Source: Patescibacteria group bacterium
GTDB taxonomy: Bacteria > Patescibacteriota > Minisyncoccia > Phycocordibacterales > UBA9973
Reading direction: 5' to 3'
Length of the DNA stretch: 64,000 bases
NCBI GenBank assembly: GCA_028868715.1
Contig: JAGWUB010000002.1
Coordinates: 211,388 to 275,387, forward strand
Positions 27,649 to 37,162 of the stretch are shown piece after piece (position 1 is the stretch's first letter; each line of letters starts with the position of its first letter). The notes beneath the pieces were generated by a model. That model was not told the DNA's origin and searched no databases. It was given only the letters and a program-made list of their open reading frames with translations. The position numbers were made by a program, and so were the translations under genes.

Positions 27649-28491
27649 TTATATATGTAAATAAATAATAAAAAACATCGTCAGAATCCAAGCCAGACTA
27701 CTTAAAAAAATTACTTTATCGGCGATAATTACCTTCTCTGGATATTCGGCTTTGTGAGTAGTGAAAACTAAAAATAAGTAGCGGACAATGCCTAGGATTA
27801 CCAAAAAGATTGAGAAAACAGCTACGTTGGAATTTAAAACCAGTACACTATATAAACTATAAGCGATAATCACCAAAGTGGCAGAAATGATAAGCATGGC
27901 ATTGAGAAACTCCGGAGTATATTGCAAGAGAACAATTCTCTTGTCGTCTTGACTAAATTCAGCTAGCCTTTTGGCGACAATCAAAAACAAGGAAATGAAG
28001 ATTATACAAAGCAAAAGCCAGTTGGAGATGGGCACCATAGCGGCAATTCCACCGACCATAATTCGGATAAAATAAAACGTGGAAACGAGCAAAATATCCA
28101 AGATAGCAATATGCTTAAAATATTTTGAGTACAGAACGTTTAACAGAAAATATAATACCATCAACCAAAATATTTGCGGGATAAAAAAATAAATTACAGC
28201 AACAACAACGATCAGTAAGCTACAGAGTAAAATAATTGCGGACTTGATGGAAACTGCGCCAGAGGCGATCGGCCGATTTTTTTTAGTGCTGTGTTTTTGA
28301 TCTTGCTCCTTATCAAAAATATCGTTCAATATATAGACCGAACTGGCGGTGAGACAAAAAACGATAAAAGCCAAGGTCACAAGCGTAAGCTTACTATAAA
28401 CAAAAAAATCTTTCGCAAAAAAGAGCGGTACAAATATAAAAAAATTCTTAATCCAGCTATAAGGTCGCATTAATCTCAACATTGGTGGCAT
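27649..28491 (-). CDS. UbiA-family polyprenyl-phosphate glycosyl(phosphoribosyl)transferase (DPPR-synthase-like)
   Basis: 8-9 TM helices; NDIFDKEQD (NDxxDxxxD) followed by RPIASGAVS, as in decaprenyl-phosphate phosphoribosyltransferase homologs. Confidence 0.75.
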   Translation of the reverse strand: MPPMLRLMRPYSWIKNFFIFVPLFFAKDFFVYSKLTLVTLAFIVFCLTASSVYILNDIFDKEQDQKHSTKKNRPIASGAVSIKSAIILLCSLLIVVVAVIYFFIPQIFWLMVLYFLLNVLYSKYFKHIAILDILLVSTFYFIRIMVGGIAAMVPISNWLLLCIIFISLFLIVAKRLAEFSQDDKRIVLLQYTPEFLNAMLIISATLVIIAYSLYSVLVLNSNVAVFSIFLVILGIVRYLFLVFTTHKAEYPEKVIIADKVIFLSSLAWILTMFFIIYLHI

Positions 28492-28517
28492 GGACCCATT
28501 ATAGCAAACTTATTTAC

Positions 28518-28940
28518 CTAATTGAAATTAATCAAAAAGCTATACATGCCCATGCCGCACACACCACGAAGCGGCACACCAGCCACTGGGGTACCGATAT
28601 CTATTTCAGTTTCTCCGGTTTGGGGCAGGATTTTTTGGAAACCGATGGAATGAATTGCTAGAGATGAAGAACAATCATAAGAGCCGTTGGTTTTGACGAT
28701 AAGTTTTGTCGGAATGCCAGCCTTGGCAGTGGAGACTTTGGGTGAATAACCGCCTCCGGCAGCAATAGTGACATATTGAATGCCATCTTTTATTTGAATA
28801 TTGGCTACCGAACCAGCACTACTGCCACCACCACTTGATCCTAAAATAAAAACAAAACCCACCACTGCCAAGATCACAATTGTCGCCACGATGAAAGGAG
28901 TTTTATTTGTTCCGTTAGATGTTTTTTTATTTTTACTCAT
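28518..28940 (-). CDS. membrane-anchored cupredoxin-like (Cupredoxin_1) metal-binding protein
   Basis: N-terminal TM; IQIKDGIQYVTIAAGGGYSPKVSTAKAGIPTKLIVKTNG cupredoxin_1-like beta-sandwich; C-terminal Cys/Met-rich CGMGMY. Confidence 0.55.
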   Translation of the reverse strand: MSKNKKTSNGTNKTPFIVATIVILAVVGFVFILGSSGGGSSAGSVANIQIKDGIQYVTIAAGGGYSPKVSTAKAGIPTKLIVKTNGSYDCSSSLAIHSIGFQKILPQTGETEIDIGTPVAGVPLRGVCGMGMYSFLINFN

Positions 28941-28942
28941 AA

Positions 28943-29956
28943 TTAAATATTGAATAGTGGGTTGATAATACCGAGTCCAGCCAGCCCAGCCAAGAGCGCA
29001 AATAATCCAAAGCCGATAACTACGACCCCAGCTGATTTAAAGAATAGTGGCGCATATTTTCCGTGAGCGATTGAAGCCGAGCCAAATGATAGCAACAAAA
29101 GCATCGGCAAGGTTCCTAGAGCAAAAGCAAGCATGATGAGAAGACCAATAGTAAAGGATCCACTTCCAAGCGCCGCAAACTGCATTGATTGAGTAAATCC
29201 ACAGGGTAAGAAGAATGTACCGAAGCCCACTAGAAGTGGCGCAAAGGTTTTATGTTCTACCTTTCTAAAAAAATTAAAAATCCCCGATGGCAGTGTGATT
29301 TTATTTTTAGCAAATACTCCGACTAAATTTAAACCTAAATACAACATAATAAGTGATGCAACAATTCCTAATATTGCTGTAGTCGTAAATGTAGAATTAA
29401 TAGGTATGGCGCTACCCACCACCCCGAGAACTCCCCCTAATACCGCAAAGCTTACTAATCTACCACTATGAAAGAGAAAGAAAGTTTTGGTGTCACTCTC
29501 ATTGTCTTGTGATACTTTGGCTGAAAGTGAGAGCACCAGCCCGCCGACAATGGCCAAGCAGGAAGAAACTGAAGCAATGAGTCCAATGATAAATGCGGTT
29601 GCTGGTGTAGTCTTGCCACCGATGCCCAAGTTGAGAATACCTGATTTTTGTAACAGGAAAAATAAAAGTAAAAATCCAAGCCCAATGGGTATAGCTTTCC
29701 AGGTGGTGTTGTCACTCTCTTTTTCTGAAATAATTTTTTCTACTGAAAGAGTGTATCCGTTTGGTCTTATTTTTTCGCTCAAAATACCTGCCATTTCTTC
29801 TGGACTTTTTTCACTATCAACTTCTACTTCCACGACTTCCTTATTTAGATCAACCTGAACATTTTTAACAAAATCTTGCTCTTGCAAAACATCTTCGATT
29901 AAGATTTTACATGCTGCACAATGCGTACCCGAAACATGAAATGTATATTTTTTCAT
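28943..29956 (-). CDS. HMA (heavy-metal-associated) domain fused to a two-Cys polytopic membrane domain (DsbD/CcdA-like)
   Basis: N-terminal SGTHCAACK metal-binding motif in a ferredoxin-like domain. The membrane domain has conserved Cys in SVSSCLAIVGG and FFLPCGFTQ. Confidence 0.6.
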   Translation of the reverse strand: MKKYTFHVSGTHCAACKILIEDVLQEQDFVKNVQVDLNKEVVEVEVDSEKSPEEMAGILSEKIRPNGYTLSVEKIISEKESDNTTWKAIPIGLGFLLLFFLLQKSGILNLGIGGKTTPATAFIIGLIASVSSCLAIVGGLVLSLSAKVSQDNESDTKTFFLFHSGRLVSFAVLGGVLGVVGSAIPINSTFTTTAILGIVASLIMLYLGLNLVGVFAKNKITLPSGIFNFFRKVEHKTFAPLLVGFGTFFLPCGFTQSMQFAALGSGSFTIGLLIMLAFALGTLPMLLLLSFGSASIAHGKYAPLFFKSAGVVVIGFGLFALLAGLAGLGIINPLFNI

Positions 29957-29959
29957 AAA

Positions 29960-32332
29960 TTATAATTTTATACTTTTAATTCTAAGTGAATTGGAAACTA
30001 CGGACACGCTCGACATCGCCATCGCGAATCCAGCAAACACCGGCGAAAGTAGCCAGCCAAATATTGGATAAAAAAGCCCAGCTGCTAGTGGAATTCCAAC
30101 AATGTTATATATAAAAGCCCAGAAAAGATTCTGCTTGATTCCACGCATGGTTATTTTGGAAAGTTTAATTGCTTTGACGAGCTTGGAAATATCTCCACCC
30201 AAAAGAGTAATCCCGGCTGACTCAATAGCCACGTCGGTGCCTGTACCCATAGCGATACCCACATCAGCTTGTGCTAATGCTGGAGCGTCGTTCACTCCGT
30301 CCCCCGCCATAGCCACAATGTGTCCCTCCGTTTGTAATTTTTTAATCTTCAATAATTTATCTGCCGGCAAGACATGCGCCATGACATCATCAATACCCAC
30401 AAGTGATGCAATATATTTGGCAGCCCTTTCATCGTCTCCAGTAACCATAATTACTTTGATTCCGAGTTTATGTAGGTTGTCCACTGCTTGCTTGGATTCT
30501 GCCTTTATTTCGTCAGCTACCATCACAAACCCAAGCACTTTCTCGCTCGTAGCCAGGATAACTGGTGTCTTACCTTCCGCGGTAAATTGTTCTAATTTGG
30601 CAGTATCGAAAGAAAGTTTTAAGTCTTGTATTAGTTTTGCGTTCCCAACAAAATACTCTATTCCATCGATTGACCCTTTTAGACCCTTGCCTTGTATTCC
30701 CTCAAAATTTGAAGTATCTACTATTTTTATTTTTTTATCTTGGGCGTAGTTAACAATGGCATGAGCAATTGGATGCTCAGATTTTTTTTCTAAGGATGTC
30801 AAGATTGAAATAAATTTTTCGTCCGACAAGTCTGAAGAATTTTGAATATCAACCAGTGTAGGTTTGCCGATAGTAATCGTGCCAGTTTTATCTACAATGA
30901 CTGTATCTACTTTATGAAGTTTTTCCAAGGTTGCCGCATCTTTGATCAAAATTCCCTCGCGAGCACCCTTGCCGACTCCAACTATAATTGCCGTCGGCGT
31001 GGCCAGCCCGAGCGCACAAGGACAAGCAATCACCAGTACGCCGACAAAAGAAACCAAGCCGAATGAGAGTGCTTGTGAAAATCCTAGTGGCCCCGCCCCA
31101 ACAAGCAACCATATTCCGAGAGTTGCAAAAGCGATTACCAATACAATCGGCACAAAGATACTTGAAATTTTATCAGCTAAGGCCTGTATGGGGGCTTTAC
31201 TTCCTTGCGCATCTTCTACCATCTGTATGATATGAGCAAGAAGTGTTTCCGCGCCGACTTTGGTACCTTTGAAGGTAAATGCGCCACTGGTATTGATAGT
31301 ACCCGCCACCACACTATCACCAACTTTTTTGGAAGCAGGCATTGGTTCACCGGTCACCATTGATTCATCGACAAAAGATGCCCCTTCGGTAATTATTCCA
31401 TCTACTGGAATTTTACTTCCGGGTTTTACAATAATTAAGTCGCCGTGCACCACTTGATCAATTGGGATCTCAATTTCTTTCCCACCTCTGGTGACTAGAG
31501 CGGTTTTGGCCTGAAGATTAAGTAATTTTTCGATGGCATCGCCAGTTTTTAATTTAGATCTTGCTTCCAGATATTTTCCGAGAGCAATAAAAGTAATGAC
31601 CACAATAGTCACATCATAATAAGTCTGCGTGACATTAATAAAGGGGGCCAGTGATTTTTCAAATGCAGTAACAATAAAACTATATAAAAATGCTGTGATG
31701 GTGCCGATGCCGATCAAGGTATCCATATTTGCTTTACCGTAGCGGAGAAAACGATAGAAGCCAAGTAGGTATGGCTTACCGACAACAAAGAGTGTGTAGG
31801 CCGCCATTATTGGTAATAAGTGATGAAAAAATTCGCCTAGGTTGTAGCTCATTTCTGGCACAGCTTTGTACTCTGCTAAAATGTCCCAAGCCATAATAAA
31901 GATACTTATCACTGCAAGTGGAATAGCCGAGATAACTTTGTTCCGCATATCTTTAATTTCTGCCAACTTTTCAGCCTTGGATTGATTGAGCCCCAAGTGT
32001 GCAGCATGCTCGTCCTCACTCATACCCATTTCGCTCGCCGACATATTCATATTGTGTGCGTCTGATGCAACTAGAGAATACCCTAGTGGCTCTAACTTTT
32101 TATTGAAAGATTCTGGGTTGGTTTTACTTTGATCAAAAGATATTTTTGCATTTTCAGTGCCATTATTAACAGCAATAGATTCTACGCCGTCAATTTTTTT
32201 GACAGTTCGCTCGATAATGCTGGCGCATGAAGCACAATGCATACCTTTTACTTTAAAGGTTTTTGTATACATATTATTTTCTCTTAAGTTTATAAACCTT
32301 AAGTATCTCGGTAGTAGCTTTACCTGTGTCAC
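29960..32332 (-). CDS. copA: copper-translocating P1B-type ATPase
   Basis: N-terminal HMA (GMHCASCAS), [25 protein letters not shown]. The start may be at the internal MYTKTF (32272). Confidence 0.93.
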   Translation of the reverse strand: MTQVKLLPRYLRFINLRENNMYTKTFKVKGMHCASCASIIERTVKKIDGVESIAVNNGTENAKISFDQSKTNPESFNKKLEPLGYSLVASDAHNMNMSASEMGMSEDEHAAHLGLNQSKAEKLAEIKDMRNKVISAIPLAVISIFIMAWDILAEYKAVPEMSYNLGEFFHHLLPIMAAYTLFVVGKPYLLGFYRFLRYGKANMDTLIGIGTITAFLYSFIVTAFEKSLAPFINVTQTYYDVTIVVITFIALGKYLEARSKLKTGDAIEKLLNLQAKTALVTRGGKEIEIPIDQVVHGDLIIVKPGSKIPVDGIITEGASFVDESMVTGEPMPASKKVGDSVVAGTINTSGAFTFKGTKVGAETLLAHIIQMVEDAQGSKAPIQALADKISSIFVPIVLVIAFATLGIWLLVGAGPLGFSQALSFGLVSFVGVLVIACPCALGLATPTAIIVGVGKGAREGILIKDAATLEKLHKVDTVIVDKTGTITIGKPTLVDIQNSSDLSDEKFISILTSLEKKSEHPIAHAIVNYAQDKKIKIVDTSNFEGIQGKGLKGSIDGIEYFVGNAKLIQDLKLSFDTAKLEQFTAEGKTPVILATSEKVLGFVMVADEIKAESKQAVDNLHKLGIKVIMVTGDDERAAKYIASLVGIDDVMAHVLPADKLLKIKKLQTEGHIVAMAGDGVNDAPALAQADVGIAMGTGTDVAIESAGITLLGGDISKLVKAIKLSKITMRGIKQNLFWAFIYNIVGIPLAAGLFYPIFGWLLSPVFAGFAMAMSSVSVVSNSLRIKSIKL

Positions 32333-32537
32333 CCTTTTTCATTTGGTCTACGACGCAATGACTAAGATGACCCTCCATAAGAGTGTCTTCAACATTTGAA
32401 AGACCTTGCTTGACCGCCGATGTTTGGGTGATGACATCAATGCAGTAAGTGCCACCATCTATCATTTTTTGAAGCCCACGAACTTGACCCTCAATTATTT
32501 TGAGGTGTCTGATTAATTTATCTTTATTGGTTTTCAT
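32274..32537 (-). CDS. csoR: CsoR/RcnR-family metal-sensing transcriptional repressor
   Basis: 87 aa; the CsoR Cu(I) ligand triad aligns as Cys (YCIDVIT), His and Cys (HLSHCV), with helical bundle pattern. Confidence 0.85.
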   Translation of the reverse strand: MKTNKDKLIRHLKIIEGQVRGLQKMIDGGTYCIDVITQTSAVKQGLSNVEDTLMEGHLSHCVVDQMKKGDTGKATTEILKVYKLKRK

Positions 32538-32548
32538 TCCAATAGTGT

Positions 32549-32566
32549 ATACCCCCTAGGGGGTAT
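32549..32566. promoter_or_regulatory. perfect 18-bp palindrome ATACCCCCTAGGGGGTAT, CsoR-type operator
   Basis: GC-tract palindrome 12 bp upstream of the csoR start. It closely resembles the B. subtilis CsoR operator (TACCCTACGGGGGTAT). Confidence 0.75.
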
Positions 32567-32599
32567 TGTCAACTTTTGGAAATTTAGGGTGTGGAAAAC

Positions 32600-32770
32600 T
32601 TATTTAATTTCTGGTTCTTGGTGAAATTTTTTTCCTAGATAGTACGGCCAGACTATAAGCGCTAGCACTCCCCTCCAAAATGAAAGACGAAGATAGCCGA
32701 TGGAAAAAAGCCAACCTATGGCCCACAGCACACCAAAAACATTATCGTGATTTATTATTATATTTGGCAT
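32600..32770 (-). CDS. unannotated 56-aa two-helix membrane mini-protein (paralog 1)
   Basis: Translated manually: MPNIIINHDNVFGVLWAIGWLFSIGYLRLSFWRGVLALIVWPYYLGKKFHQEPEIK. Below the ORF-track size cutoff. Confidence 0.5.
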   Translation of the reverse strand: MPNIIINHDNVFGVLWAIGWLFSIGYLRLSFWRGVLALIVWPYYLGKKFHQEPEIK

Positions 32771-32782
32771 AAAATTATTTTT

Positions 32783-32944
32783 TTAATGAATAATTGAAAA
32801 CGCGACCCCTAAAAAGTATGGCCAAACTATGATTGCTAGAACTCCCTTCCAGAAAGTTAGGTGTAGAAAGCCAATGGTAAAGAGCCAGGCCACAATCCAC
32901 GCCCCGCCTGTAAACATATTATTTTCTATTTTAATTTTGTTCAT
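32783..32944 (-). CDS. unannotated 53-aa two-helix membrane mini-protein (paralog 2)
   Basis: MNKIKIENNMFTGGAWIVAWLFTIGFLHLTFWKGVLAIIVWPYFLGVAFSIIH. About 60% identical to paralog 1 over the WxxxWLFxIGxLxLxFWxGVLAxIVWPYxLG core. Confidence 0.5.
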   Translation of the reverse strand: MNKIKIENNMFTGGAWIVAWLFTIGFLHLTFWKGVLAIIVWPYFLGVAFSIIH

Positions 32945-33043
32945 CTATTAATTATATCAAATATATTAAAAATTGACGAGCCAAAAGTGTGAAATATTAA
33001 TTGGGGATATTCGTCAGTATTTAAAGAGGGGTATAAAGAAGGT

Positions 33044-33487
33044 ATGGGAAAGGTCGATATTATTAACATTAATAAGTTGCTGAGTATTATTAATTTAATA
33101 AACAATTTTATGGAAAAATTCAATTGGACAAAGGCACTAGGTTTTGGGGCACTTATTTGGCTCATTATGTTTGCTCTTGTTTCTGCTTTTGTAGGATTTA
33201 ACATCTATGAGGCACTCCTTTCAAAAATCATCTTTGTACTTGCTGCTGGCCTACTCTCTTATCTATGTGTCAGAAACGTAAAAACGGCATCACTCGGACG
33301 AGCTTTTGAGTATGGACTTACTTGGGTCGCTGTCGGCGTCGTGCTTGATCTCTTGGTTAGTATGCAATTTAATCCTACTATGCTCCTCGCTTGGGAATAC
33401 TGGGTAAGTTATGCTTTCATTCTGTTTGTACCAATGTTTTATTCAGGGTTTGGAACTACGAAGAATGTAAATGCTTTGCACGCCTAG
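33044..33487 (+). CDS. 4-TM membrane protein, hypothetical
   Basis: 147 aa, hydrophobic helices. Confidence 0.5.
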   Translation: MGKVDIININKLLSIINLINNFMEKFNWTKALGFGALIWLIMFALVSAFVGFNIYEALLSKIIFVLAAGLLSYLCVRNVKTASLGRAFEYGLTWVAVGVVLDLLVSMQFNPTMLLAWEYWVSYAFILFVPMFYSGFGTTKNVNALHA

Positions 33488-33645
33488 TATAAAAATAAAC
33501 AATCAAACTATGTTAGACAAAAAGAAAATATTACGAGAACAGGGACATTTGACTCGTCCTCCTAGGTTGGAAGGTGTGGTAAAAAACAAGAATATGAATC
33601 CGGTGAAAAAGAAGAAAAGAAAATTTACAACAATAACTTATCAAT

Positions 33646-33993
33646 ATGATCAAGATAATTACCAAAGGGTCTTATAGATTAATCAATACTACGGACCACC
33701 ACAAGCTTCTATACTTAGAGGATCAGGGTTATATGTGGACCTATGCCAGAAATATTGGAGAGTTGCTAACTTTCTCCACGCATCCCCATCAACGAGATTA
33801 TCTTTTGGCTGAAGGCAAATATAATATCTATAAAGTGAAGGATGATCCAAAGTTGATCGACTTGCTTCATTTGGAGTTGTCGGTGGGGAGAAAATGGCAA
33901 GGCTATTTGCTTCTAACTGGACTGCCTACAAAAAAGAAAATCCGCAGTCGCATTGTGCCAACTGAGGAAATAATTTCTGGTAAAAAATATTAA
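33646..33993 (+). CDS. hypothetical protein
   Basis: 115 aa, no recognisable family. Confidence 0.4.
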   Translation: MIKIITKGSYRLINTTDHHKLLYLEDQGYMWTYARNIGELLTFSTHPHQRDYLLAEGKYNIYKVKDDPKLIDLLHLELSVGRKWQGYLLLTGLPTKKKIRSRIVPTEEIISGKKY

Positions 33994-33995
33994 GC

Positions 33996-34385
33996 TTATG
34001 ATCTTTTATACTGAGAGAGCCCAAGAATATTTCCTTCGGAATCTTTAAACCAAGCTAGGAAACCCATTTCACCGTCTTTTCCTAGCGGAGTTTTACCACG
34101 CACCACTTGGCCACCGTTTTCAACAATTTTATTTAAAGCTAATTCAATGTCTGCAACATCAACATAAAACATAGGGTATGGCATGCTGGGGTCACGCTTG
34201 CCAGAGCCTCCATTTATAAAACCTGGTTCAATTGGTTGCATCTTTTCATTTATCTCTCCAGTTTGCCAGCTAGTATAGCCAAATTGTTCCCATTCGAATG
34301 GTTTCCAACCAAAAACGTTTTGATAGAAGGATTTTGCTCTCTCCTTGTCATCCCACGGAAATTCAAAATGTGTAACTTTATCCAT
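33996..34385 (-). CDS. VOC-family (glyoxalase/bleomycin-resistance fold) protein
   Basis: 129 aa with HFEFPWDDKERAKSFYQNVFGW N-terminal beta-alpha-beta-beta-beta module pattern. Confidence 0.7.
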   Translation of the reverse strand: MDKVTHFEFPWDDKERAKSFYQNVFGWKPFEWEQFGYTSWQTGEINEKMQPIEPGFINGGSGKRDPSMPYPMFYVDVADIELALNKIVENGGQVVRGKTPLGKDGEMGFLAWFKDSEGNILGLSQYKRS

Positions 34386-34424
34386 GCCTACATTATACCA
34401 TATTTTCTATTCCAAAAAAATATA

Positions 34425-34925
34425 TTACTTTATGATTAATTCTTCTTTTGAAAAGGAATAATAAAAAGAAAAACAAATAGCGCAAAAGATGACGAAAATA
34501 CCAGCAGAGAAAATTGCTGACCCTATTACTGATGTGTATCTAAGTAAACCCGTCATTTGCAATAGAGCATTCCAGTCATGAGTAGTGCTATCCCCTCCCA
34601 AAAGTGGCAACTGCATTGCTATGGAGTCAGAGGCATAGACGGAAACGTTGATGAGGTTCTGCCCGACCCAAAACAGCACCAGCGAAGCAGAAAAATATTC
34701 TCGACGCTGGTAAAAATAAAATGAAAACATAAGTGGAAGTAATACTTGCCAAAGAGAGCCGCCGAGAATATGTAAAAATTCACCAAATGGAAGAAAAATG
34801 ATATGCCCCGCTTCGTGAATAATTAAATTTACGTTATCAATAAAATGCCAATCTGTATACGTAAGACAGTAATATAAAAAATATGCTGTGGCTACAAGTG
34901 TGGTTATAAATCGTGTTTTGTTCAA
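34425..34925 (-). CDS. polytopic membrane protein with HExxH motif (putative membrane-embedded zinc metalloprotease)
   Basis: IIHEAGHII within or adjacent to TM2; 5 TM helices. Confidence 0.45.
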   Translation of the reverse strand: MNKTRFITTLVATAYFLYYCLTYTDWHFIDNVNLIIHEAGHIIFLPFGEFLHILGGSLWQVLLPLMFSFYFYQRREYFSASLVLFWVGQNLINVSVYASDSIAMQLPLLGGDSTTHDWNALLQMTGLLRYTSVIGSAIFSAGIFVIFCAICFSFYYSFSKEELIIK

Positions 34926-34996
34926 AGTGTATTTATTATATCAGAAATTATTGGGTGTCTGGTACTCTATTGGAACCTTTTGTAGGGAAATAAGGG

Positions 34997-36220
34997 TTAA
35001 AAAGACTCAGCAAAAACACTTGCGGAGCTTTTAAATATTATGTCATTATTTTGAGGCGCTTCTATTTTATATGGGAAAGATTTACCACTATCATCTATGT
35101 ATTCCTCAGGATCTACGAATATTACTTTTAAATTTTGTTTTCTTGCCGATTGCTGTACAAGTCTTCTGTCTGCGTGAGAACCTATTACGAGTAAACTTTT
35201 GGCCTTTTTATTAAATTTAATCTTTGGTGTTAAAAATTGGTCAGTAAATTTTCTAACATACAATTCTGGTATGCCTAATCTTGATATAATGCCATCATAA
35301 TTATTAGTAATAACTGGTCCTACAACTAAACCACTCTTATAGGCACGCTTTAACCATTTATAAAATGATGAGTTTGGCTTGGCTAGCCATGATTGAGAAA
35401 TTATTTTCGTTGCAGATAAATAAAAATTGGAAGGATTTTCGATAATTGTTTCAAATAAATTATCGTCATTACCAAATATAAAGGTTTTATTCACGTTAGT
35501 AGTTTGATATATTTTATGTAAATAGGAAAGAGGATAAACTCCAGTTTCAGTAGATGGACCACAACCAAGTTCAATCTGAAAAGGTTGATATTTCAATATA
35601 TCACTGACATGTTTTACATATTTTGAATGCCCCTTTTGTAGAGGTATTCGAAACCCTTTCTTAATTATTTTCCAAGGATAATATTTTCTTTCATTTTTGA
35701 CATTAATATTACCACCAGTAATTTCTACATCGATCATCTTATAGTCATATGGTATTGGAAGATATTTTTTTACTTCTTCACTTTTTGGTTTAAAAATATT
35801 TATCTTTATTTTTAAACCTCCTAAAGAAGCGGACAGACCTTGTTTTGTTGTTTTGTAAGTAATATTTTTATTTTTCAGAGAAGCAACCATTTTTTTAAAA
35901 ATTTTTTCGGCTTCATGTTTGGGTAAGGAATGATTTATTTTTAAATAAACCCCCTTCAAAAGAAGTTCGGCAATTTTACCCTTGCAAGCAATATCATAGT
36001 TATCAATAAAATGTACTACTCTCCACCTACGGTCTTTTTCCGATTTCCATTTAGATTCATTTTTATTTTCCTTAGCTTGTGTTCTTCTCCATATTCCTTC
36101 ATGTAAATATCTACCGGTAGAAACAAACTGCTTGTTCCAGATTTCCAATCCCTTATTTTTCTTCTGCTGTGCGATTTTAAGTGGAAATTCCATAAGTTTT
36201 TTATACCACATAAAAACCAA
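34997..36220 (-). CDS. SIR2-like (SIR2_2/DHS-like NAD-binding fold) protein with ~200-aa Lys-rich N-terminal domain of unknown function
   Basis: C-terminal half has LGCGPSTETGVYP (GxGxSxxxG[IV]P), ITNNYDGI (compare ThsA TTNYD) and LLVIGSHAD (compare sirtuin LLVIGTSL). No canonical downstream HG catalytic His is obvious. Confidence 0.55.
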   Translation of the reverse strand: MVFMWYKKLMEFPLKIAQQKKNKGLEIWNKQFVSTGRYLHEGIWRRTQAKENKNESKWKSEKDRRWRVVHFIDNYDIACKGKIAELLLKGVYLKINHSLPKHEAEKIFKKMVASLKNKNITYKTTKQGLSASLGGLKIKINIFKPKSEEVKKYLPIPYDYKMIDVEITGGNINVKNERKYYPWKIIKKGFRIPLQKGHSKYVKHVSDILKYQPFQIELGCGPSTETGVYPLSYLHKIYQTTNVNKTFIFGNDDNLFETIIENPSNFYLSATKIISQSWLAKPNSSFYKWLKRAYKSGLVVGPVITNNYDGIISRLGIPELYVRKFTDQFLTPKIKFNKKAKSLLVIGSHADRRLVQQSARKQNLKVIFVDPEEYIDDSGKSFPYKIEAPQNNDIIFKSSASVFAESF

Positions 36221-36231
36221 AAAATCAATTG

Positions 36232-36302
36232 CTGGGAGACTTGGACTCGAACCAAGATAACATCCTCCAGAGGGATGTGTCCTACCATTAGACGATCTCC
36301 CA
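36232..36302 (-). tRNA. tRNA-Gln (anticodon CUG)
   Basis: Cloverleaf folded by hand: acceptor TGGGAGA/TCTCCCA, anticodon stem CATCC/GGATG with loop CTCTGGA, T-arm CTTGG-TTCGAGT-CCAAG, discriminator G. No encoded CCA. Confidence 0.8.
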
Positions 36303-36377
36303 ATCTATATACCCTAACACCGTAAACTTAACACATTTTCACTAGAACATAAAGGGTTTATTTGGTATAATTAATGT

Positions 36378-37133
36378 ATGAGCAAAAGCCATAAAAATAA
36401 AGCAATCTTTTATGTGGTAATTCTAATTCTTTTAGTTGGATTGGGGTTGTTTTTGAAACAAAAAAAGGCAATTGCGCCTTTAGTTACTGAAAATCCTACG
36501 AGTCAGACTCAAGAAAATACAAGCCCAGTTTCCATTGGTTCTAAAACTATCAAGGAAGAAAATTTCACGGGGACGGTATCTACGGTTTCCGGCAAAAGTA
36601 TCCTCGCAGCAAAATCACAAGCGTATATCGACCAAGAAGTGAATGATTTTCGAAAACAAGCCAACAATGATGTCCCACCAATGCGACAAAAATTTGGAGC
36701 TGATAGTCCTACAGCGCAATACGAGATTGATATTGAGGCAAAATATGTAAAAAGTGAAAAGACAGAGTCAGTCTCAATCCTCACTTATACCTACACTGGT
36801 GGTGCGCATGGTAACAGTTCTTATAAAGTCATTACTACTACGTTAGTTAGTGGAAAAATTTTATCCTTGTCTGATGTCATTAAAAAAGGTAAAGAAAGCG
36901 CTTTTACTACATACGTAAAGAAAGCCTTAAATGACTGGCGACCAGAAGGTTCAGATGGTTCACCCGTCTTCCCTGAAGACGTCCAAGCTTTGACCTTTAA
37001 CTCGTTTGCTAATTGGTCCTTAGACAACACAAATCTGATAATCTACTTTAGCCAATACGACATCGGACCAGGAGTGCTGGGTCCAGTAGCTTTTCCGCTA
37101 CCAATAGAAAAAATCAAAGATTTTCTCCAATAG
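36378..37133 (+). CDS. membrane-anchored DUF3298/DUF4163 (RsiV/PdaC C-terminal-like) protein
   Basis: N-terminal TM; TYTGGAHGN signature of DUF3298. Confidence 0.7.
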   Translation: MSKSHKNKAIFYVVILILLVGLGLFLKQKKAIAPLVTENPTSQTQENTSPVSIGSKTIKEENFTGTVSTVSGKSILAAKSQAYIDQEVNDFRKQANNDVPPMRQKFGADSPTAQYEIDIEAKYVKSEKTESVSILTYTYTGGAHGNSSYKVITTTLVSGKILSLSDVIKKGKESAFTTYVKKALNDWRPEGSDGSPVFPEDVQALTFNSFANWSLDNTNLIIYFSQYDIGPGVLGPVAFPLPIEKIKDFLQ

Positions 37134-37162
37134 TACTCTAACTTATTTACTAAAATATAAAA

